NCBI RefSeq assembly: GCF_004010195.1
Contig: NC_057718.1
Span: 59,569,622-59,633,621 of the forward strand
DNA length: 64,000 nucleotides
DNA from: Chiloscyllium plagiosum
Taxonomy: Eukaryota
Direction of reading: 5' to 3'
Below, piece by piece: positions 12,141 to 25,790 of this stretch. Position 1 is the first letter of the stretch; each line of letters begins with the position of its first letter. Both the position numbers and the translations under genes were made by a program. The notes under the pieces are model-generated. The model had not been told where the DNA came from and did not search any database. It saw only the letters and a program-made list of their open reading frames with translations.

Positions 12141-13600
12141 TAAGCAGCTGTGGAAGCCTGGTGCTAGATGAATTGGAGCCAAGGAGTTTGTACAAATGGA
12201 GATTTATCTGGCAACATGTGGCTGATTGGTCTGTGGACTAGTGGCCAATTATCAATGACAAAGGCCTTCTGCTTGCCACAACTACGTGAATCTTCCCAGT
12301 TACTTGAACAACTTGGGGACTCTGAATGTTTTTATGGAAGCAATTAAATCTCCACAAAGGCAGGAGCTGTCTCTTTTTTCTGAAATAAATCTTGACCCTG
12401 AAGATAGCCTGCTTATTTCCCATTGTCGTTAACTGGAAGCCGTGAAAAGTCCAGGACATTTAAAATCTGGATAAGTCAGCCTGTGCCTCCTGCACATAGG
12501 TAGAAGTATCTGGAGAAGGAAGATCAAAAAACAATGTTCTGAGATCACAAAATTCATCTCAGCAAACCCAGTGGACAGGGACCATACAGCTCCCTTCCCT
12601 GGGTTTTCCTCCAGCCGTAACCACCATTTCTATTTCTATTTGTATCTGTCTGTATGTGTGCATGGAGGGCGCATATATAAGGAGTTAGAGTTTAAATAGT
12701 ATAGTTATAAATTGACAGTTCATAAAAGTTTTTCTGTAGTTAGAATCTACTAATTTGTTATAAATAGTCATTTGTATTAACAACAGAAACCAGATCTAAA
12801 AGACAGGTAAATTGGGGAATTATGTACACTTTATAAAACCGTTAGCCTTTGTTACAACTCTGGGAGTATTAGCAGTGAGATGTAATGCCGAACAGAATAA
12901 ATATTGAAGACAAATGAGTTTACCATTTGAAGAGCTTTTACAGTCAGTCAGCAGCCGAAACTCAACTAGTGACTGAAAACGTTGCAATTGAGAATGAAAC
13001 AGCATCAGAGCAAGCTCAGGCTTGGAACACAAACCTTACCAAGAAGCTGGTAAGAAGTGCAGGGGCAAGAGTGTGGCCTAGGAAGAGAAAGAAAGGACAG
13101 TCATCCTCGGAACAAAAAGAGAGGTCTCAACAAAGGAGGCTCTGTAGGGAATATAATAAGTCTTAAGAAGTAGCATTAGAAATTCCAAAGAGAAAGGTGA
13201 ATAATTCTTTACATACTGTGCAAAAATCAGAAAAAGAAGCCAAAGAAATGATAAAAGAGAGTTCCCACCTCTCACAACAAGTATCACAGCCATCAAAATT
13301 AGGCTCCATTACACACGGACGCAAGAATACTGCAAAAAATCCAGAAAATAAATTTATATAGGGGCTGCAGAACTGGGAAGGCTTCAGAAATAATATAACC
13401 TGGAAAAGAGTTATCTTATAGAAGCCTTGTGCAAGAGTCAAGCAGAAGAAGTAAAGTCAGGAGAAACTAAAGCTGTAAAAGGAATGTGACTCAGTAATAA
13501 ATTACAACTTACACAAGAAGATTTATAAGTGCTAAGCCAGAGAAGCATATTTAAAACTTTGGGCAGAAGAATGTGCTCATTGTCCTGGACCAGGAAAGGC

Positions 13601-13905
13601 AGAATCATAGAATCCCTACAGTGGGGAAAGAGGCCATTCGTCCCACTGAGTCTTCACCACGTGTCCGAAGAGTATCCCTCCCAGACCTAGACTTCCCACT
13701 TAGCCCAGTAACCCTGTGTTTAGCATGGCCAATCTACTTAATCTGCACATCTTTGGACTGTGGGAGAAAACTGGAGCACCCGGTTGAAACCCATGAAGAC
13801 ATGATGAGAATATGAAAACTCCACACAGATACTCACCCAAGGCTGGAATTGAACTTGGGTTCTGGCACTGTGAGACTATAGCTCTAACCACTGAGGCGAA
13901 TGGCA
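13601..13905 (-). mobile_element. HE1-type SINE (diverged)
   Basis: HE1 body and CR1-like tail on the minus strand. Confidence 0.85.
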
Positions 13906-14007
13906 CCAAAAAGTGAAAAACTCCATCTTGACCGCAGATGAAAGAACAAGGCTGGAAAAGGTGTGCACCACCACATTGGGGACTAAAAATATGGTAACTT
14001 CGTTTTT

Positions 14008-14311
14008 AGAATCCCTACAGTATGGAAACAGGCCCTTTGGCACAATAAGTCCACACCGACCCTCTGAAGAGTAACCCACCCAGACCCACTCTCCTACTCT
14101 ATGTTTACCCCTGACTAATGTATTTAACATACACATCCCTCAACACTATGGGCAATTTAGCATGACCAATTTACCTAACCTGCAATCTTTGGATTGTGAG
14201 AGAAAACTGGAGCACCCGGAGGAAACCCGCACAGTCACTCAAGGCTGCAATCGACCCTGGGTCCCAAGGGTTGTGAGGCAGCAGTGCTAACCACTGAGTC
14301 ACTGTGCCACT
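14008..14311 (-). mobile_element. HE1-type SINE (internal deletion)
   Basis: Head GTGGCACAGTGACTCAGTGGTTAGCACTGCTGCC and tail on the minus strand. Confidence 0.88.
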
Positions 14312-17300
14312 CCAATTTTCTTTGGACAAGAGTACACTCTCCATTCCATAGACCCCTTCAGCTGCTTCCAACACTCTACTTCCACCTGACCCCTCCCTCT
14401 TGTACTTCTCCTGCACTTGATATGTTCATTGAGAACTGTCTATGTGGCAGCAGTGTTAGGTTCTTTTCCTTGAGATTCTTGTACACTGGATGCAACTGCA
14501 ATACACCAACTTCTGTGAACAGCCAAAATTTACGAAGCAAGTACAAGCTGTGGAGGAACCCTTAATACTCTTCGCAGTGCCTCTCTGAAGAAGGCAGGAC
14601 AACCCAGTAATCAGTACAGAGAAATTATATAGCAAATAAATAGAACTTCAAAACTGGAAAGCAGTAAATCTTTACAAACAGCAGTAACCAGAACTTAAAG
14701 CTCAATGGAAGACTTTAATAGAGTATTACTGCAATACAGAGTTTAACAAGACTGGCAAGTAGCAAAAATGCAAACGTGGTCTAGTAAACTTTACCTAATT
14801 GAATGTAAAAAAGCATTGTTGAATGCAAGGTTACAAACTTAACGAACAGCAAATGACATGAAGTATTGAGGTGATACAGATGTAAAACCAATTTGCAGTA
14901 ATAAGAATGAAGAAAGTCACTGTGAAGAAATAGTAAAATATATATTTCCCTAAAGATTCAAGTTTAAAGAAAGACCAACAGCATACAAAATTGGATATTG
15001 TGGGGTCAGCAGATGTTAAGGTACAGTGTTTCCTGAGATGGTAAACACCAAGTCTGAAGCTGAGTGGGTTGAGAGATTGATATATTCAATGTGTCTGATC
15101 ATAAAATATCCAGCACAGAAGAGGCCTTTTGGCCCACTGAGTCTGTACTGCCACTACTACCCACATTAGTTTCACTTCCCTGCACTAGACCTTGAATGTT
15201 ATGACCAGTCAGGTGTTCCTCCAAACACTTTTTAAGAGGTTGTGAGGTTACCCGCCTCAGTCAAACTCCCAAACAATGCATCCCATTCTCAGAATGGAAA
15301 TCAAGTTCCTCAAAGAAGATTAAACTTTAGGGAAAGTTATTTAAATTGAGCTGGAAGCAGACCCAAAAGGACTCAGAGATGGATCTTCAGTGGGGAAGAC
15401 TAAACCTAACTCAAGAGGCCAACGGGGTCTATTCAGTTTAGGAAGCATGGACACTCTAAAATAGTGAGCAACAAATTCATACAGAGATCAGGCCAAACAC
15501 TTGATGCTAAAAATCAGTGTCAATTCTGTGGAACCATAAGGCATCGCAATGTCATAGAGTCATACAGCATAGAAAAATGCCCTTTGGCTCACTATGTCTA
15601 TGTTGACCAACAACACCAAACTTCATTAATCCCAATGATCTGCACTAGATCCATAGCCTTCTATGTCCCGACAGGGAATAAAACTTACGTTGTATGAGGT
15701 AATTGCTCAGAAAGATTTACTGTTTATTTTCCATTTACTTCTATCTATTTGTTTTGTTTGTCACACATATTTTGGTTAGACATAATGATTTCTACACCAG
15801 CTTTCCTAGAGAATAGATATATTCTGCACAGATCCTGATAGTTCTATGAATTATGAACGATAAACAATGTAGTTGCACTTATTGCAATCATGCAATAAGC
15901 AATCTTGTTAACTAGGAACAACTGTTTCTGTTAAACTCTATTATCCTTTACCATTGATCATTGGACAGACCCCAGTCAAACTATTGATAAAGGAGAATTC
16001 ATGATACTGCACTACATTAAACAACCCTTACTCTGAACCATATACTGGCAGAAGCGTTAGATACCATGAGGCAATAACACATGGTGAGCAGTGGGGTGGA
16101 TTGAAATTTTAACCAACAATGAGGAGAAGAAAATCCAAATGTGAAGACCTTTTTATTGTATTTCCGATTGTAGACTGACATGAGAAAATAACTATTTCAA
16201 AAACAAATGTTTGTTAAAGGATTGCTGCACTTTTTAGAAGTGAGTAACCTTACACTTATTGTCACTTTGACATATTTTCTAATTTTCAGTTCAGAAATAG
16301 CAATGCTGAATAATCCTTAAGGTTGTAGTATCTTAAAGTGTCATCAATAGTTTTATGACAGAAATGCAGGTCCTAAGCAAATAATTGGAATCCATCAAAA
16401 TAAAAATGATAAAATTAAACACTTCTCGTTGGAAGGAATATTTTTACCTCAATTCTCTTTCTTTTTACATTTTCTAAATTAAAATAACTCATGCAATCTT
16501 TTAGTTTTTTGATTAAGGAAAATTAAAAACCATGGTTATTCTGTGTGTGTTTTCTCATGCACCACTTGTCTTGGTGTCAGGCCAAATTTGAAGCCAAAAT
16601 CCTATCACTTATTCAAGCCCAGCCTGGCAGAAAAGACTATAAACAGTAAATTTGTACAAGCTAATATAAATGCATTGTTTCTGCAATGTCTGTTCCTCTG
16701 AGCATTTATAAACTTTGTGAAGTCCCTTTTAATCTGTTTTCACATTACAGTTTCATCATTATAATGTATCACATTCAAGCTACGAAGCTTGAAGGCAAAA
16801 CCAGTACCCAATTACACTTCACTATTCATTGGACAGAAACTACAAATATAACACTCTTGTGGTATATTTGCCTTGTATGCGTTTCTGTTAAAGTTGAAAA
16901 GTTCTGGGGAAAATATTGTTGGACTAACATACAGGAAATGGTAACAGACTTAAGATTCACCTGAAACAATAGAATTGATAGTCTTCACTAAAAGAAAGTA
17001 TGGAGCTAATTAAGGCTCAAAATGTTCCCATTTACAGTATTTTCTAAATTGAATTCAAATTGGTTGGCTCATTAAATTTGAATTTCAATTAATGTAACCA
17101 GCAACAAAAAGAAAAGAAGATTGCTGAAAGAACTAATTTAGAACTTAGTTAAAAGGACTTATGGGGATGTAATTCCTCCTTCAATGATTCCAGCTGAAGG
17201 ATTAAGCCAGATATCCTACTGTAACCTCATTTTGACTTTCTTGATTGAAATTAACAGCAGGCATTTCTCCCCAAGCATTTGTGATAACAATAGTGAGTTG

Positions 17301-19559
17301 ACTGTTTTGAACTAGTTTGTTTTGCGTACATATCATTGTGCTTTGTCTCTTTTATGTTTTGGCTCTTTTATGTTCCGCGTTGACTGCATTGGCAAAAAAC
17401 TTCATTCAATGATTTATCTGTAATCTGTAGCAAACCAGAGAGATCAGCTTCCTTTTTCTTCCTCATTCAAGCAGTCAGAGACCTAGTTATAAGCCTATCT
17501 CTTGGCAAGCAACGATCAGAAGCAGTTATTATTATGTCAAGAAATATGAAAAATATGAATAACTTTAACTTCCAAAACTGGGAGTTTTGGACAGTAGGAG
17601 AAATGAAAGCTTCACATTTTAAACTTGAGTCCAATGTCTTTGCAACTCAGTTCATTCTGATTTTAGCAATTTGTTCTCAGGAGGCAGGTTAACGATTAAA
17701 ATCTTTTCAAGGAGGCAATATGCTTTGATCTTACCAACATTTTTATCTTTAATTCCAGTCAGCTGAGTTTTCTGGGACTTAGAAAACCAGACAGATAAAA
17801 TTAGATGAGAAGGTCTAGAATTCATAAAGCGAGTGCTTTTATGACACTGATTTAGGGTCAAGCAGAGAAGGCATGTCTCTTCCAACATAGTCACATCTAT
17901 CTGCAGGTTCCATCTCCCCATCTTACTCACATCTCCCTGTTGTGTTTCTTGCTTATTTACATAAACTCACCAATCATACAGATACAATTGGGAATCTATA
18001 AGTAGGTTTGATTTATTTGAAAAGTGCAACTACTAACTAAAGCTAGTTCAAAATAGGCCTACTCTAGTGATTCAACAACTGCCATTACTCATAGTAACTG
18101 CAGCTAGCTGCTGGTCACATGCTGCTTTGCATTTTGGTTCCTCAATGACATTTGTACATCAATTGCATATTCTCTTTAGATAGAATTGTGTCGGCCAGGG
18201 CTGGAAAGGGTTAAAGCTTGAATGGAGAAGCTGTGAGTTACTCAAGCTGAACATGGTAACAGCCAAGTCCACGATTGCTGCTACCTGGATAAAATAAGGA
18301 AAGGGAAACAGACCTGGTACCTGACTGGAAGATTGGAGCTTAGCAACATGACATGGATGTCCCTGATTGGAAGAAGCTGATAAGGGGATCAAGGATAAAA
18401 CAAGGTGTGACCGAGGCTCTGGAGTGAAAACTCCAGTGATCAACATTCTCTGAAGAAGCGATCCCTATGCTTAGAAATGTGGAGATTAAACAGAGTACCT
18501 GGGAGATTGCCTGGCCAGTGTGAGCTCCTATTCTCAAGTATTAGCCTTTATTTTCTGTGACTGTCCAGGGAACATCAGAGAAACCTAGTGGGTGTGTGCA
18601 TAGATTTTAATCTTGTATGAATTTCATGCCTGTTTTTAATCCTTTCTTAACCAAAATGGTGTGAATTGTATGTCTATTTTAACTAACCAATAAAATCGAT
18701 CATTTGTTGATGCAGACTTGACTCTTTTCTTCTGTCTACCAAACCAGTAACTGTTGTTGAGGGTGGTAACCAGCCACCAATTGTAAATCCTCCAAGCTTC
18801 ATTTTTACACCAAAGTCAGTCCCCAATTTATATACCCACCACATTCCCATGCTCACTGAGCTCATCCCTCGGTGCTGCAACAGTCACTGCTGTCAGCGGT
18901 CCTTCCCTATCTCCTCCTGTGCTGCATCCTTTTGCTGCAGACTGTTTCACTTGCCATGCAGCTAACCTGACTTGTCTTGCTGTCCAATGAGCACCCTGAA
19001 GAAAAGTGTTAAAAGTTGTGGGATATGCAGGAAATGGATTCTTCCAGGTTTTTCAGTTGGAAACTCCTCCCTGTGCTTTGAAAGTGTGAATTCTATGATC
19101 ATTTTTTTCCTCACGAGACTGACAAATCAAGTAAAACAGTAGATAATGAAGGAAACAAGCCCTTCTAGTATATCTCCAGGAAATAAGAGATACTTTTCCA
19201 TTCTTCACACTGTGCACACTGTGAGTGTAGCCATAGGAAACAATCACTTGATAGAGATTTATCATTGTAATGATTAAAACAGGTTGCACATCGTTCGTGA
19301 GCATACTTGTGGTTCGAAAGGACCCTATGTTTGACTGGTAGGGCACAAATACTGAAGAAGGTCAATACCATCAATCATTTCAAGTAAAATTCATGAAATT
19401 CCACCTTCATGTCCAATTACAAACAACTAGTATTGTAGTTTCTATATATATATATCATTGCTCCATTTACAGGCCTTGCGTGTATTTCATTCAGTGGCAT
19501 ATGTGGATTTCCAAAAGGCGTTCACTAAGATGCCACAGAAAAGTTATTTATTACACCAG

Positions 19560-20125
19560 ATCAGGACTCATGGAGTATAGATAGCGCATTAACATGGATC
19601 GAGGATTGATTAATAGGAAGTTAATAGAAATAATAGGGATAAACAGAACTGTTACAAATCAGCAGGCTGGGAATAGTGGAGAGCCATAATATTCGGTCTT
19701 GGGTCCTTGACTATTAACAATCTACATTTAGATAAAGAGACAGAAAGTAATATAACTAAGTTTGCAGATGATACAAAGCTAGGTGGAATGAAAGATGTGA
19801 GATGGCTGCGGAGGCATGTAAACTGGTTAAGTGAGTTGGCAACAGTTGGCAGATGTATTATTGATGGAAAGTAAATCTATTCAATTTATTAGTAAGACTA
19901 GAAAATCAGAAAAGTGTAAGGTTTTTAACTTGTAAATGTTGATCTTCAAAGGGACTTGGGTGTACTCTTATAAGGAACACAGCAAGGACAGAGGAAGGCA
20001 AAAATCATGCTGGTCTTTAGTGTAGGGGGATTCTAGAATAAGGAAGTCAGGATACAATTATACCTTGGTATTGGTGAGATCAGATCTGGCAGCACTGTGT
20101 ATAAATTTAGTCTCAACATGTAGAA
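19560..20125 (+). mobile_element. CR1 RT fragment
   Basis: AAGTTTGCAGATGATACAAAGCTAGGTGG = KFADDTKLGG catalytic motif; downstream RDLGV-like codons. Confidence 0.85.
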
Positions 20126-21500
20126 TCTTGTAAAAGCAGTGGAAATATTGGGAACCAGTTAGAAAACTGGCGAGAGCCAAGTGTTGCCTCAATTCAGGAA
20201 GGCTTGACTCATCTTGTGCCACTTAGACATTTGACAGGGCTGCTGACAGACAGTCCTTCTTGATCAAGAATATAGGGCGAAGAACTGACTTATGAGATCT
20301 GCCAGCCAATCAGAATCAGCCAGTTCTACTGAATGGCAGTATCATTGGGAGTGTTTGGCTACTGCTATTAGGACACCCAGAAAAGATGTAAATCACTGGA
20401 TCTGATTTGAGTAATGATAGATGTCTGGGTTGAAGAGTGTGAGACATGGGGGAGCGTAGGGAAGGCCCAGCTGCAGAGGAATGACTGTCAGAATTTCCCT
20501 TACTTCCAAATGCCAGGTTCTCAATCAGGTACTAAGTGACTTTGAAAAAAAACAGATATTTACATGCCAGAAACCATGGGTAACCCTGTAAAGGTTTGCT
20601 TTTTATACTCCTGGTAAGGCAAGACCCCTGTCCATTACTGGATTAATTACAGGAGTTGAAGAGCCTTACTTAGTGATAAAGGGCAAGCAGCCTCAGGAGC
20701 AGTGAATGCCCAGCCACCCACAGTCTGAGAAACTCCAGACTGGTATCTGAATGTGCAAGCAAGAGCACTGACTGAAATTACAAAATAAAGCAAGGTGGCA
20801 GCTAAGGAAAGAAAGCTTTATAGCCAGGATTTAAAGAATCCAAAGGGATACAAATGAAAAGCGATGATTCTAAAGATGTGACAGAGCCTTTCAAGACTTT
20901 GAAGGTGAAGATTAGTAAAAAGTGTGAAGATCCCAACAGTAGGTCAAGACCTCAGGAGAGAAAAGAACAGCTGGAAAAAGAGAAGACTCAGAAAGCAGGC
21001 AAAAGTACTCAGAAGACTTTGACAACAAAGGTCTACAAGCATGAACATTCCATAGGATCAGAAAGAAAAAGTCTTGGAAGACTTCAAAACCTAGTCAAAG
21101 ACTGGGAGTACTCTGAAGAGGAAAAATGCAGGATCAGAACACTTTGATAGTAAGAATGAAACCTCCAAATACTCACTGACTCAAGTCAGTGAGACATGTT
21201 AGTCTTGTTGTGGTGGTAACTCTAGTAGAGACCTTGCCATTATCTTAACCATTTGATAGCACGGAAAGCCGACAATGGAGTCAGATGTGTAAACTCTGGG
21301 AGTAGCAGTTTCTATGCTATTCAACAACTTCAGACTTACTTACAAAACAGCAGTACCATCAGGTCAGCATGTTTTTTAAATATGCTGCAGGACCAATAGC
21401 TGATCGTGTTCTGGTAAGATAAAACATGGAATAAAGTATTATAGAGAATGACACGTTGATTATAGTATTCAGCAGAAACCTTAGCCCCCAAAAGAAGTTT

Positions 21501-21850
21501 GGGCAGCATGGTGGCTCAGCAGTTAGCACTGCTGCCTCACAGCGCCAGGGACCCGGGTTCAATTCTAGCCTCAGGCTGCTGTCTGTGTGGAGTTTGCACG
21601 TTCTTCCCGTATCTGGGTAGGTTTCCTCCAGGTGCTCTGGTTTCCTCCCACATCCAAAGATGTGCAGTTTAGGTGAATTGGCCATAATAAATTGCTCATA
21701 GTGTTCATGGATGTGTAGGTTAGGTGCATTATTCATGGGTAAATGTAGAGTAAAAGAATAGGGGAATGGGTCTGGGTAGGTTACTGTTCAGAATGTTGGT
21801 GTGGATTTGTTGGGTCAAGTGGCCTGTTTCCACACTGTAGGGATTCTCTG
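21501..21850 (+). mobile_element. HE1-type SINE
   Basis: GGGCAGCATGGTGGCTCAGCAGTTAGCACTGCTGCC...GGGTTCAATTC; tail GGCCTGTTTCCACACTGTAGGGATTC. Confidence 0.92.
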
Positions 21851-23189
21851 AACAAGGTGACATTTAATTGGTGATGTTAGCTTTTGAGAATATCAACAGA
21901 AACTTTTGTAAGTCAATTATATCAACTAATAGGATGTGGTCATAGAGCTGTGAAGGAAGAAATAATTAGACAACCAATAGTAATTGATGTGAGGGATGAG
22001 AATTTATCAGAATTTCTTCAAGACAAGGAGGATTTATATTGGAACAGGTAATCCAATTCACTACACAGGCAGAAATCAAGGCCTAAAACCATTCTGTTCA
22101 GTGAAAGAATATTAGGGATTCTACTGATCTGGTCCAATAGGTTAGTGTAAGATGGCATCATCGCCCCCCCCCCCTTAAGACAGTAAACTGGGAAAAGTGT
22201 GTGAGTGTCAACATAGTAGACCGTATTAGGTTGAACAATATGTGGCTCCAAACAAAATCACAAGTGTAAGAACATCCAGCAGGGGCAGTTTTCTGCTATA
22301 AGAGTGGCCAGTTCAGATCCTTCAGAAAATATTGGAAGTTAACAATATCTTTATCAACTCAAAGCAAAGAAAAGGATGTGCAAGAGGAAAATTCCCACAA
22401 AATAGAGACCATGTTACAAGTTAAAAGTTCACATGGAGAAATTTAACAAAAATATGATTTTCAGTCGAACAAAGAAGATTGAAGCAAATTTTATAGTGGT
22501 ATCAACAATTATTCATGATTTTCATAAAATAAACAGCAAAAACTATTTTCAGTGGGAAGTCAAAAGGCTAGAACCTAAATGACATGATTTTAAGTTCAAT
22601 ATCAAATGAGTAAAGAGGTATGCCAGTAAACAGTCTTTTGTTGCTGGGCTGTCAAATTCTCAAGTAAAACCACAAATGGGAGCAGTATCATGCAGGTAAA
22701 TACATGAAAATAAAATGAATGTGCTAGTAAAAGGACAGATGAATGTAACTGAATGAATAGATTCTTCGGAGAATGAACACATTATAATCAGCCAAAAGTT
22801 TTCCGTCTGTGCTGCTAAATTCAATGGGATACATTTTCTGTTGCAGCACCTGGACTGTTAGATATTGAGTGGATGTTCTGCTTATTATGGAACCTGCCAT
22901 ATGTTCATTCCACTGATTGCAATGAAGGTGAAGTAAGGATGAAATCTCCCTTATGTTTTTAATTAAAAATTTAGAAATATTTGTTGCGAAATTATAGTAT
23001 GAACAACGCATAACAAGGATTAGCTATATACATTTTGATTAATAGGAAGTAGCAGGTGGAAAAAAATAGACTTTCACTTTATTGACCATCATGAATCTCC
23101 TTCTATCAACATCCTACCATTGACCAGAAACTGAACTTGATATACATACAAATACAAGCCTGGGGCATGTCCACTCTGTCTGCTTTTCT

Positions 23190-23622
23190 TCCTTTTTTTC
23201 TTCTACTTTTCTTGGTTTTATTATTCTTTTTTAGTTTTCACTTCTACTTTGACATGGTCAGGTGCAGTGGCAGTTTCTGTGGTTTTAGAGATGGGTTTTG
23301 CAATGGCAGCATTGTGGGCCCGGGCCCTTATGGCTGAGTGGTTACAGAGTTGGTCGGCTAGTAAGTCATGAGTGGGACTCTGGCATGGACATGGCGGTGG
23401 CTGGTGAAGCCCAGAGGAGGACTCTGATGGCAACATCAAAGAGGCAGCTACCGACAGTGGTGGAAAATTGGACTCTGTTAAGTTATCTTTTCCTTTTGTT
23501 TTTAAAATTTATTTTGCATTTTAAGTTACTCAAAATAGTGCCAATGCTTGCCTACAGTTTAAAGTTTTGACTGTGTTTTACGTTAAATAAATGTGACAAT
23601 AAATGATTCAATTTAGTTCAAT
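23190..23622 (+). mobile_element. Non-autonomous element with Rex1/Babar-like tail
   Basis: GC-rich GGCAG-rich centre; tail TTTTGACTGTG...ATGTGACAATAAATGATTCAATTTAGTTCAATT. Confidence 0.45.
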
Positions 23623-23630
23623 TACAAGTT

Positions 23631-23694
23631 TGGAATCAAATCCAGGCTCCTGGAACTGTGAGGCAGAAGTGCTAACCACTGAGCCACTATGCCA
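23631..23694 (-). mobile_element. HE1 SINE head fragment
   Basis: Minus strand TGGCATAGTGGCTCAGTGGTTAGCAC...GGATTTGATTCC. Confidence 0.8.
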
Positions 23695-23999
23695 TCTCTT
23701 TCAATATATTAGATCAAATGTTTACTACACACATAAATGGACAGTATATTATGGATGTCAGAAGTCTGAGAATGTTGAAAGTTCACACCACACCAGGCAG
23801 ATTCTATGGGAAGAGAAACAGACATAATTTAAAAATGTCACATGTCACAAGATTTAAGTAAATAAGAAGACTCTGGAAAGGTGAGATTTCAGGTAAAGGA
23901 TAACAGGAAAGGTCTTTAATGAGTTGAAAAGCAGGAGCGATTAAATGAGATTAAAGGGATAGTCATGCAGGAAAGAAAGATAGGAGAAGCAACAAAAAA

Positions 24000-25790
24000 A
24001 TAGCAACAGCATCAAGGTGAAGACTGGTGGATAGTCATCAAAATGGTACAATGTTCCATTGACTGAACATCAGCTATATAGTCTCTTTCACAATATCCCT
24101 TGGTGAATTGAAGATCTGACAAAGGAAAAGTACTGAATGGTGAAGCTGCACCAATCAAGAAGAACTGAGGAGTAACACCATTTGATTGCAAATAGAAAGA
24201 GAACATTATCTTGTGATTCCTGTGACACATTTTCAATTCTAAAGCAGAGAGATGTGTAAATAATTGTGAAGATTGCAGATTATGGACTCATTCATTCAGG
24301 GGATTCACACAAGGATTGCAAATAATCAAAAATCAAAAATAATTCATAGATCTCTTCAGAGTTTGCTGCTTTTACTGGAAGATCCACAGTCAGGACTATT
24401 GGGACTACATTTGGAGTCTCTGTGATGAATAAATGACATAACAGGGACTTCAAAATTGCTTATTGTCACATCTGACAGTGCCTCCAGATCACCAGATGAA
24501 GGCAAAAAACATTCTTGGACTCTCATACAAAAATAGAACATCATTCTCATGCTTCAATTTCAGAGAAGAGTTTTCCCACAATATTGTTTACGCATCAATG
24601 AGGAAACACACTGGAAATCAAACCCCACTATTCCCAGTGTTCTCACAAAAGTTAAAGATTTTATAAAAGTACACAAATTCCCCAATATGTCTCATCCTTT
24701 GGACTTAAATTTACAGAAAGCACTGACCAGGTTTCTGTACTTAACAAAAATGACTGTTTATGAAAAATTAATAGATGTTTTTTCCACAGGTAAAAAGCAT
24801 GAACCATCAAGATATAACTCTATGTTAAAACACTGACCCCCTTAAAACAAGCAATTCAATGGTTCCTGTGCACAGGGCTCATGGAGATGATCTTTTTCAG
24901 TTTGTCAGGACTTGCTGTTGCTCGATCTTCCTTCTTCAGATACATTCACTTGCTTACAGGATGCATAGAGTGACTGGTTCATGCTTATAAAGTCTGTGAC
25001 CTATTCGTTAAAAGACACAGCTTACTGCAAATGATGAGAGGAGGAAACTGGTTTGCTTCAGGTTTGGTGTGTTTTTCACTGGAGACCCAATGGTTCCTGA
25101 CCAAGCATTCATATCCACAAGCTGTTCAACCAACTGAAAGCCAAATTCACTGTTATTGTCAGATAGAAAACCTTTGGCATCGACACTGGTCACCATTCCA
25201 CAGACAAATCAGCTACTTGATGCCAGCCAAATCTCACTTTGTACACATTCCATTGTTCCAGCTCACCGGCAACAAAACCTCTCTTAATATTTGAACAAAC
25301 GACAATGTAAACAGCACTTACAATGGGTGTCAGGTAACATTTTTTTAAAAAGATACTGTAATCCTTTCCACAATCGTTGATTTTTAAAAGAGTTCTTTTC
25401 CCACCTCATTTGACAATCACAAATATTGTTCCCCATACCCTTGGACAAACTGAACAGGTACAGCCTGTATTCTACCAAATGAAATAGCAACGTGTCCACC
25501 CATGAAAGCTACAAGTCTTGGAAATTCCAGCATTTTTTAAACATGCAGCACTTCCTTACTAGAGCCACCAGTCATGCAAACTGAATCCTCATCGGCTTAT
25601 CTGCATATTTATCAAACACTATCACTACACTGGCTGCAATATCAGGGCAAACATTTCACCCAGCAGAGTAGTGCTAGCTTTTGGAATTCCTTCTTGCTCG
25701 AAGATGCTGCATCTTCACTGGCATTAGAAGCTCTTTCTTCATTTTGAGCTTCATAACCTTAAGTGAAAATGACTGTCCTGAAAGGCTGCA
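24000..25790 (-). mobile_element. Probable hAT (ZNF862/C17orf113-like) transposase fossil
   Basis: With stops and frameshifts, in order: TTF-type Zn-finger-like segments (WVKCLP*YC..IC; SWVDT..CTCSVC; LYKHE.S..H), then LNCLF, LCTFI, FLIDA*T (~DGSTD), IFVR-like, DGAA-like and MEHC/IH. Confidence 0.4.

Larger units (their letters stand above)
12140..15690 (+). mobile_element. Decayed Gypsy-like LTR retrotransposon (LTR ~12140-12895 plus gag remnants), interrupted by HE1 and CR1 pieces
   Basis: LTR-like composition; gag-like KVKNSILTADE (~13910-13945); CCHC knuckle CQFCGTIRH...CP at ~15518-15670 split by a CR1 tail. Confidence 0.5.

Noticed and set aside
17630..17660. NELSCKDI similarity to NEISCKDI at ~1930-1955
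   Set aside because: A ~25-nt imperfect match that does not extend; such matches are expected by chance in 64 kb
18830..18995. Minus-strand exon candidate with a strong acceptor
   Set aside because: Poor donor, unrecognisable peptide, and composition like the MITE-type repeats elsewhere in the window
22276..22289. CTCF-like CCAGCAGGGGCAG
   Set aside because: One base short in the core spacing
24840..25190. Copia-like RT hints on the + strand (LKQAIQWF, KLFNQLKAKF)
   Set aside because: No YVDD motif between them, and the minus-strand hAT reading explains more motifs in order
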